Shown in pieces: positions 57,780-64,000 of a stretch of DNA of 64,000 bases. Location of the stretch: the NCBI GenBank assembly GCA_041630155.1, contig JBFKLX010000001.1:747-64746 (forward strand), given 5' to 3'. This DNA is from Acidobacteriota bacterium. Lineage in GTDB: Bacteria > Acidobacteriota > UBA6911 > RPQK01 > JANQFM01. The stretch's first letter is position 1. Each line of letters starts with the position of its first letter. The notes under the pieces were generated by a model. That model was not told where the DNA came from and searched no databases. It saw only the letters and a list, made by a program, of their open reading frames with translations. Both the position numbers and the translations under genes were made by a program.

Positions 57780-59636
57780 ATGAAAACACGACGAATGACC
57801 ACGGCCCAGGCTCTGGTCACCTTCTTGAAGAATCAAGAGGTTCGGCGGGATGGTCACCAGAAGCCCTTCTTCGCCGGTATGTGGGGGATCTTTGGACACG
57901 GGAACGTGGCAGGCGTGGGGCAGGCGCTGCAAGAGGTGCCGGACTTCCCGTACTATCTCTGCCGCAACGAACAGGCCATGGTCCACACGGCGACCGCCTA
58001 CGCCAAGATGAGCAATCGGCTGCGCTGTTTTGCCTGCACCTCCTCGATCGGGCCCGGCGCCACCAACATGGTCACCGGCGCCGCCACGGCTACCATCAAC
58101 CGCATTCCCGTGCTGCTGCTGCCGGGGGACATCTTCGCGCGGCGCAACGTGGCGCCCGTCCTGCAGCAGCTGGAGTCCGAGCACTCTCAGGATATTTCGG
58201 TCAACGACTGTTTCCAGCCGGTGTCGCGTTACTGGGACCGCATCAACCGCCCTGACCAGCTGCCGTACTCCCTAGTCGAAGCCATGCGGGTGCTGACTTC
58301 GCCGGCCGAGACCGGGGCGGTCACGGTTTGCCTCCCCCAGGACGTCCAGACCGAGGCCTGGGACTACCCGGAGGAGTTCCTGGCTCGGCGTGTCTGGCAG
58401 GTGGCCCGGCCGCTGGCCGATCGCGAGCGATTGGCCGGGGCGGCGGAGTCTCTCTCGGCTGCCCGCTGGCCGCTGCTGGTGGCCGGAGGGGGGGTCATCT
58501 ACAGTGAAGCGACTGAGGTGCTGGCGAGGTTGGCAGCCCGAACCGGGATCGGCGTGGTGGAAACCCAGGCCGGCAAAGGTTCGCTCCCCTGGGACCATCC
58601 CCAGAGCCTGGGAGCCCTGGGCGTCACCGGCACTCCCGGGGCCAATGCTTTCGCCCGTAAGGCCGATCTGGTGATCGCGGTCGGCACGCGCCTCGCCGAT
58701 TTCGCCACCGCCTCCAAGACCGCTTTCCAGAACCCGGCAGTGAAGTTCATCAACATCAACGTCAAGGAGCTGGACGCGTCCAAACTGGGCGGCTTGCCGC
58801 TGGTAGCCGACGCCCGCGAGACACTGCGCGAACTGATGCAGGTCGAGTTTCAGGTGGGGGATGACTACCGGGAATTGCTGGCCGACTGGAAGAGCCGCTG
58901 GGCTGAGGAAGTCGAACGGCTCTTCAACCTGAGCCACGGACCTCCCCTGAGCCAGAGCGAAGTGATCGGGGCGGTCAGCCGGTCTGCGGGGCCCCGCGAC
59001 GTGGTGGTCTGCGCCGCCGGCAGTCTGCCCGGAGACCTCCACAAGCTCTGGCCGGCCCGCGACCCCAAGAGCTACCACCTGGAATACGGCTATTCCTGCA
59101 TGGGCTACGAGATTGCGGGCGGCTTGGGCGTCAAAATGGCCGACCCGTCCCGTGAGGTCTACGTGATGGTGGGAGACGGCTCCTACCTGATGATGTCCTC
59201 GGAGATCATCACCTCCATCCAGGAAAACTGCAAGCTCAACCTGGTGGTGCTGGACAATCACGGTTTTGCGAGCATCGGCGGGTTGTCCAAGTCGTTGGGT
59301 TCGGGAGGGTTCGGAACCGATTACCGCCGGCGCGACCCTGCCACGGGCGGACTGGACGGGCCGCTGCTGAAAGTGGACTTCGCTGCCAACGCCGCCAGTC
59401 TTGGCGCCCGCACCCGCAAGGTGTCCGGTCTGGACGAGCTGGAGGAGGCTCTGCAGGAGGCCCGCGATCAGGACGGCACGACCGTGACCGTGGTGGAGGT
59501 GGACAAGGAGCTGGGAGTGCCCGGCTACGACTCGTGGTGGGACGTGGCGGTGGCCGAGGTCTCCAGCATGGAGGCGGTCAAGAAGGCCCGGCAGGAGTAC
59601 GAGGAGTCCCGGCGCAAGGAGCGGCATTTGCTGTAG
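57780..59636 (+). CDS. iolD: 3D-(3,5/4)-trihydroxycyclohexane-1,2-dione acylhydrolase (ThDP-dependent)
   Basis: AAGGAGAG lies 8 nt upstream of ATG 57780. The ThDP enzyme pattern is QAMVHTATAYAK, GPGATN, ...VGDGSYLM.... The 1063-aa ORF-track entry from 56445 is a read-through artefact. Confidence 0.85.
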   Translation: MKTRRMTTAQALVTFLKNQEVRRDGHQKPFFAGMWGIFGHGNVAGVGQALQEVPDFPYYLCRNEQAMVHTATAYAKMSNRLRCFACTSSIGPGATNMVTGAATATINRIPVLLLPGDIFARRNVAPVLQQLESEHSQDISVNDCFQPVSRYWDRINRPDQLPYSLVEAMRVLTSPAETGAVTVCLPQDVQTEAWDYPEEFLARRVWQVARPLADRERLAGAAESLSAARWPLLVAGGGVIYSEATEVLARLAARTGIGVVETQAGKGSLPWDHPQSLGALGVTGTPGANAFARKADLVIAVGTRLADFATASKTAFQNPAVKFININVKELDASKLGGLPLVADARETLRELMQVEFQVGDDYRELLADWKSRWAEEVERLFNLSHGPPLSQSEVIGAVSRSAGPRDVVVCAAGSLPGDLHKLWPARDPKSYHLEYGYSCMGYEIAGGLGVKMADPSREVYVMVGDGSYLMMSSEIITSIQENCKLNLVVLDNHGFASIGGLSKSLGSGGFGTDYRRRDPATGGLDGPLLKVDFAANAASLGARTRKVSGLDELEEALQEARDQDGTTVTVVEVDKELGVPGYDSWWDVAVAEVSSMEAVKKARQEYEESRRKERHLL

Positions 59637-59678
59637 TCGAAGTCTCGAGGATGCCGGACGAGGAGAGGAGTCGCCAGA

Positions 59679-60686
59679 TTGGCTGATCCCAGCGCTGAGA
59701 TGGCCGTCAGTATCGTCGGCCGCATCGGCTATGACCTGTACGCGGAGCAGCAGGGTGTGCGGCTGCAGGACGTCCGGAGTTTCTCGCGTTACCTGGGTGG
59801 CTCCTCGGCCAACCTGGCGGTGGGGCTTTCGCGGTTGGGGCTGCGAGTGGGAATCGTCAGTTGCCTGGGGACGGACGCGCTCAGCGATTACCTGTTGGAG
59901 TATCTGCACGAGGAGTCGGTCGTTACGGAACTCGTGCAGCGGCGGCAGGGGTGCCGCCCTTCGCTTTGCCTGTGCGAGGTTTCTCCACCGGATTCGTTTC
60001 GCCAGGTGTTCTATCGGGAAAGGGCGGCGGACACCCTGTTGGAGGTGGGGCAGCGGGAAAAGGCGTTCGTCCAGAGTACCCGGCTGTTCGCCACCAATGG
60101 GACCAGCCTGTGCGCCTCGCCTTCCCGCGAGTCGACCCTGCTGGCTCTGGCGTGGGCGCGGGAGGCCGAGGTTCGGACCGTGTTGGACGTGGACTATCGC
60201 CGGATGTCGTGGGCCAGCCAGGAGGAAGCCGGCCTCTACATGAGGCTGGCATTGCCCTGGGTAGACGTCTTCATCGCCAATCCGGAAGAGACTCAGCTGG
60301 TGACCGGGCAGACCGATCTCCAGAATGCAGTCGCCTGGCTTCGGGAGCGTGGCGTCCCACTGATCGTGGCCAAACTGGGCTCGCGAGGCACGGTGGTGGT
60401 GCAGGGAGACGATTCGTTCTTCTTGCCCCCGTATCCAGTCGAGGTCGTTTCGACGATCGGCGCAGGAGACGGCTTCGCGTCCGGCTTCCTTTACGGCATG
60501 GTGGAGAGGCTCGACTTGGGCACCTGCCTGAAATACGGCAACGCCGCCGCCGCCATCGTGGTGAGCCGCCTGATGTGCTCGGAAGCCATGCCCACCCTCG
60601 AAGAGGTGCGATCTCTGATCGCGCGCTGCCCGGAGCTGCAACCGGAGCCCCCGCGTACCGTTGACGTTCGCCTTTCTGCCGACTGA
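59679..60686 (+). CDS. iolC: 5-dehydro-2-deoxygluconokinase (PfkB family)
   Basis: RYLGGSSANLAVGLSRLG and STIGAGDGFASGFLYG are PfkB motifs. It follows iolD directly. Confidence 0.8.
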   Translation: MADPSAEMAVSIVGRIGYDLYAEQQGVRLQDVRSFSRYLGGSSANLAVGLSRLGLRVGIVSCLGTDALSDYLLEYLHEESVVTELVQRRQGCRPSLCLCEVSPPDSFRQVFYRERAADTLLEVGQREKAFVQSTRLFATNGTSLCASPSRESTLLALAWAREAEVRTVLDVDYRRMSWASQEEAGLYMRLALPWVDVFIANPEETQLVTGQTDLQNAVAWLRERGVPLIVAKLGSRGTVVVQGDDSFFLPPYPVEVVSTIGAGDGFASGFLYGMVERLDLGTCLKYGNAAAAIVVSRLMCSEAMPTLEEVRSLIARCPELQPEPPRTVDVRLSAD

Positions 60687-61017
60687 CGGCCCTCCGGGAC
60701 GCCGGGCGAGAAGGGATTGTGCGGGCCCTGCGCCGATTGCGCCGCGGCATGTTGCCGCCACAGTGGTAGTTTCTGCCCGATCTTGCACCCTCGGAATTCT
60801 TGATCTCGTGCGGATCTTCCCCTAATATTGGGGCAGAGTGCGGTGGCGGTGGCTCTTCCGGCGCGGTCGATCGCGGCAGCACGAAACCACACGAACCCTA
60901 TCGACCGCTGCTCTCCCGTCCCAACTTTCCGCTGCGGCAGGTGTACTTCACGGTAGAGGGAGTCGGTTCCTCCTCTTGATTCTTGGGTCCTCGGACAGCT
61001 GATTGGGGGTGAAGTCA

Positions 61018-61944
61018 ATGAAGCGCAGCAAGCTTTTCCCAGCTCTTTTGTCCCTGTTGGGGATTTTGATTCTGGGTTTCTTTTTCTTCTCGTTCCACCG
61101 CGGGGTCGATCCGTCCCTCGTGCGCGGAACCATGGGCGTGGTCGAAGACCCGGAGGTGCCGAAAGGGGACGACCAGCCCGCCCTGTGGCTCGGTCCCGAC
61201 GGCAGCTCCCTGCCTTTCGGAAGCGACGCCGAGATCGAGGAATTCCTTCGGACGGCGGAAGTCGTCTCGAGCCGTCGAATCCGGGAGGGAATCAACGGAG
61301 TCGAGAAGCTCCTGCTGGAAAAGGATGGAGTCCGCTCTCACGCCGCTTTCCGGGACGTTCGGGTCCGGAAGACCCACCTGACACTCGCGGATGGCACCTA
61401 CAATTTGAACTTCCGGGACGACTGCTTGTACGAAGTCGCCGCCTACCGCATCAGCCGAATGCTGGGGCTGGACAATGTCCCTCCCGCCGTCAAGCGTTCG
61501 TTCAGGCGGCGCCCTGGAACACTGCAACTGTGGGTCGAGGAGGCGATGAGCGAGAAGACTCGGATCAAGCAGGCCCAGCCCGTTCCCCGTTCAGCTGACT
61601 GGACCCGGCAGATTCAAACCATGTATCTGTTCGACCAGCTGATCGCCAATTTCGACCGCAATCAAGGCAACATCCTGATCGATCCCGACTGGAAGCTCTG
61701 GATGATCGACCACACACGTTCGTTTCGTCTCAACAAGAAGCCCCGGTCGAGCGCCATCGTGGTGCAATGCGATCGCCGTGTTTGGGAGCGCCTCCAAGAT
61801 CTCGATCTCGAGACTGTTCAGAGGGAGCTGAAGGGCGTGCTGACTGGACGGGAGATCCGAGCCCTCTTCCAGCGCCGCGATGCCCTGATCCAACACATCC
61901 AGTCGCGCATCGAGCGACTGGGCGAGCAGTCGGTGCTCCTCTAG
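61018..61944 (+). CDS. membrane-anchored atypical kinase with PI3/PI4-kinase (type II PI4K-like) catalytic core
   Basis: N-terminal TM helix [41 protein letters not shown] parallels the PI4KII catalytic loop [37 protein letters not shown] parallels the activation segment AAIDNGLAFPLKHP. Confidence 0.55.
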   Translation: [308 protein letters not shown]

Positions 61945-62112
61945 CCCGCCTTCCTCCCATGTCGATGGAAAGGGCCCTCACACAAGCCATGAGTTCCCTG
62001 CGAAACATCTTCCGCCTGGTGCGGGAGTTTTTCGCGCGAGAGCAAATCGATCCGAATGTGACTATCATGAGCGGGAGAGCCGAATCCTCTTTTTCAAGAA
62101 GCTGGCCTGCCC

Positions 62113-62394
62113 ATGCTGCACATCTGGGTCGAGGACAAGAGAATCCATTTGGCCGGTCGATTCGACCACCTGCAGGGCCAATCCGCGGAGGCTTTTTTCA
62201 GAGAAGTGAAGGACTCCCGGGTGCTCGACTTCAAAGAGCTCGAGTACATTTCCAGCGCGGGGATCGGCATTCTGCTCCAGACCCAGAAGCGCCTGCGGGT
62301 CTCGGGGCACGGTCTGAAGATTGTGAACGCGAGCAATCACATCCGGGACGTGTTTGGCTACGCCGGGTTGACGGAGATCTTTCAGATCGAGTAG
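62113..62394 (+). CDS. STAS-domain anti-sigma-factor antagonist (SpoIIAA/RsbV-like)
   Basis: 93 aa: ...LDFKELEYISSAGIGILL..LKIVNASNHIRDVFGYAGLTEIFQIE. This is the STAS fold pattern, with a Ser in the phosphorylatable position (ISSAGIG). Confidence 0.75.
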   Translation: MLHIWVEDKRIHLAGRFDHLQGQSAEAFFREVKDSRVLDFKELEYISSAGIGILLQTQKRLRVSGHGLKIVNASNHIRDVFGYAGLTEIFQIE

Positions 62395-62495
62395 CGCCCC
62401 GTCAGCCGGGTGCCCGGCAGGAGCGTCGGGTCGGGCTCATTGGCCAGTCTTTTTGCATTTTTTTGGCGAACATCGACGGTTTCCATGTGTATTGA

Positions 62496-63059
62496 ATGAC
62501 AGAGGTTGAAGATTCCAGACTCGTCAGGGAGTTTCTCGAGGGAGATCGGGAGGCTTTTGCCCTCATCCTTCGGAAATACGAAAAACCCCTCTTCAACCTC
62601 GTGTACGGGATGGTGAATCACTACGAGGACGCCCGTGATCTGACACAGCAGGTTTTCGCCAAGGCCGCCGGGAAACTCGGCCAGTTCAACCCGGACTATC
62701 GCCTCTTCAGCTGGCTCTACCGGATCGCCGTGAACGAGACGCTCAACTTTCTGAACCGCGTTCGGCGCTTCGAGCCGGTAACAGGGCTGCGCTTCGCCGA
62801 TCGGTCGAACCCGGAGACTCAGCTGATGACACGCGAATTCGAAACGCAGCTTCGGCGGGCGCTGATGAGAATCGACCCGCGATACCGTGTCTTGATTCTG
62901 CTCAAGCATCTCGAAGGCTGCTCGTATCGGGAGATCAGCCGCATGTTGAGCATCCCAGAAAAGACCGTGAAGTCCCGGCTGTTCACCGGGCGCCGGCTGC
63001 TCTATGAAGACTTGAACAGGAGGGGGTTGCTGAAAAGCCATGGAAGAACGACCGGTTGA
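62496..63059 (+). CDS. ECF-type RNA polymerase sigma-70 factor
   Basis: Region 2 is ALILRKYEKPLFNLVYGMVNHYEDARDLTQQVF. Region 4 HTH is LEGCSYREISRMLSIPEKTVKSRL. Confidence 0.85.
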   Translation: MTEVEDSRLVREFLEGDREAFALILRKYEKPLFNLVYGMVNHYEDARDLTQQVFAKAAGKLGQFNPDYRLFSWLYRIAVNETLNFLNRVRRFEPVTGLRFADRSNPETQLMTREFETQLRRALMRIDPRYRVLILLKHLEGCSYREISRMLSIPEKTVKSRLFTGRRLLYEDLNRRGLLKSHGRTTG

Positions 63060-63789
63060 CCTGATTCAGGAGGACTTGGACGGCACCATCGATCCGGGCG
63101 AGCTCGATCGGCTGGAGGCAGCGCTCGAGCAGGATCCGGAGCGTGCCATCCGTTACGAGAAGATGGAGCACCTGTTCGATTCTCTGAACCATTTGCCGGC
63201 GGTGAATCCGCCAGGCGATCTGAGGGCTGGCGTCATGAGGGCCCTCCCGCCGCCGGTCCGCGGGCCTACCGGCTCGCTCTGGCGACTCCTCTATCCTCTG
63301 GCGGCCGGAATCGCCCTGGGTATCGCTCTGCACGCGCTGGCGGTGCGGGTTTCCGGTCCTGAGACGCTGACAGATCTTTCCGCGCTTTACGGAACGATGA
63401 TCGACCCCAGCCTGACAGACGTGGAAACCGGGCCTCGGCACGTGATCTCTGCCGGGGGGCTCGGAGGTTGGGTCCAACTGCGTGCTGCCGGCGAAACCGC
63501 GATCGTCGAGATTCGCCTGACTTCTGACTCTCCTTATCGCGTGGACTTGAAGTTCCATTCCGGCCACGTCCGCTTTGCCGGGCTGTACCAGAACGGACGC
63601 GCGATGAACCATCTGATCGCGGAGCCGGGGGGACTTCGGCTACGAGCTGAATCATCTTTTCAAGCACGCCTCGTGTTCGTTCGGGAGGTAGCTTCCCCGG
63701 ACCCGCTGCTGCTCGAGGCCGGTCCAGTTGACTCCCCTCCAGTATCTGTGACGCTCGAGTGGCCAGGTCCGGAAGTGCGGACCGGCTGA
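63040..63789 (+). CDS. membrane-spanning anti-sigma factor (cognate to upstream ECF sigma)
   Basis: It overlaps the sigma-factor 3' end by 20 nt. It has an N-terminal helical anti-sigma domain, a single TM LLYPLAAGIALGIALHALAV, and a C-terminal periplasmic domain. Confidence 0.6.
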   Translation: MEERPVDLIQEDLDGTIDPGELDRLEAALEQDPERAIRYEKMEHLFDSLNHLPAVNPPGDLRAGVMRALPPPVRGPTGSLWRLLYPLAAGIALGIALHALAVRVSGPETLTDLSALYGTMIDPSLTDVETGPRHVISAGGLGGWVQLRAAGETAIVEIRLTSDSPYRVDLKFHSGHVRFAGLYQNGRAMNHLIAEPGGLRLRAESSFQARLVFVREVASPDPLLLEAGPVDSPPVSVTLEWPGPEVRTG

Positions 63790-63836
63790 TCGCCCGAGCC
63801 GCCGCGAAGGGGAGGCTCGAGCCCTGAGATTTCTCT

Positions 63837-64000
63837 GTGGGACTGCTTGAACTGGTTACCGATGCCTGGCTCGCCTTGTTGCCGGTCGTGTTGTTCCTGG
63901 CCGCCCTGATCTACATGGACAGCTTCAAGCTGGTCAGAGGAAGGTCTATCTTGTCCCTCTTGCTGGTGGGGGCAGGGGCAGCGGTTGCTGCCTTCTGGAT
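63837..64000 (+). CDS. PrsW-like membrane protease (N-terminal fragment; continues beyond window)
   Basis: The ORF opens after the stop at 63825 with a GTG at 63837. LALLPVVLFLAALIYMDSFK resembles the PrsW N-terminus (PGIALLSYFYLKDRYE pattern). Confidence 0.4.
   Translation, partial: MGLLELVTDAWLALLPVVLFLAALIYMDSFKLVRGRSILSLLLVGAGAAVAAFW

Noticed and set aside
56445-59636. 1063-aa ORF spanning iolE through iolD
   Set aside because: It is a read-through frame artefact. iolD has its own strong RBS and ATG at 57780, and the upstream portion is Arg/Pro/Gly-rich, antisense or alternate-frame to iolE.
58272-60788. 838-aa minus-strand ORF antisense to iolD/iolC
   Set aside because: Its Arg/Gly/Pro-rich low-complexity composition is typical of high-GC antisense frames, and the sense strand encodes well-conserved IolD/IolC.
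61969-62112. Short ORF (MERALTQAMSSLRNIFRLVREFFAREQ...) between the kinase and STAS genes
   Set aside because: It is part of a 242-aa track ORF that reads through the STAS gene in another frame. It has no RBS and no homology signal, so it is unsupported as an independent gene.
62401-62495. ECF-type autoregulatory promoter (GGAAC...CGTC-like) upstream of the sigma factor gene
   Set aside because: Only a loose GAAC-N17-GTATT resemblance exists. It is too weak to call.
1-64000. CRISPR arrays, IS elements, integrases, rRNA
   Set aside because: No direct-repeat/spacer periodicity, terminal inverted repeats, transposase/integrase-like ORFs or rRNA-like conserved stretches were seen. Coding density leaves no room for them.

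Overview
This is a high-GC (about 65%) bacterial chromosomal segment with dense coding on both strands. I found no rRNA, tRNA, CRISPR array or obvious mobile element. The gene content looks Acidobacteria-like, but that is only an inference. It includes four CRTAC1/ASPIC-UnbV FG-GAP paralogs, many secreted TPR proteins, two GWxTD proteins and a TonB-dependent receptor with a CarboxypepD_reg N-terminus.

The recognisable blocks are:
- An operon on the minus strand: heptaheme cytochrome c, then parvulin-TPR, then TPR. It sits tightly divergent from two tandem Thr-nucleophile sulfatase-like/TPR fusions.
- A 3-gene minus-strand operon: a secreted MidA/DUF185-like protein, then TPR, then CRTAC1.
- thiS-thiG, aroB and ubiE.
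- A tricorn-type protease and a GT2 glycosyltransferase.
- A long minus-strand block: TPR, PfkB kinase, GH4, a large secreted PIG-L/LmbE deacetylase, GWxTD, and a hypothetical protein.
- A myo-inositol catabolism cluster (iolB, iolE, iolD, iolC plus an aldolase-like gene) beside a LacI-family regulator and a TonB-dependent receptor.
- A plus-strand signalling cassette: a PI4K-type-II-like atypical kinase, a STAS antagonist, an ECF sigma factor, an anti-sigma factor and a PrsW-like protease (partial at the window end).

The two most notable observations are these. First, an exact shared operator-like palindromic motif (AAGCGCTTAGC, core AAGCGCTT) lies upstream of iolB, the TonB receptor and the PIG-L operon. 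This suggests one regulon that couples inositol catabolism to extracellular GlcNAc-inositol-type deacetylation. Second, the kinase-STAS-sigma cassette looks like a non-canonical partner-switching module.

Many long antisense or alternate-frame ORFs in the six-frame track are GC-driven artefacts.
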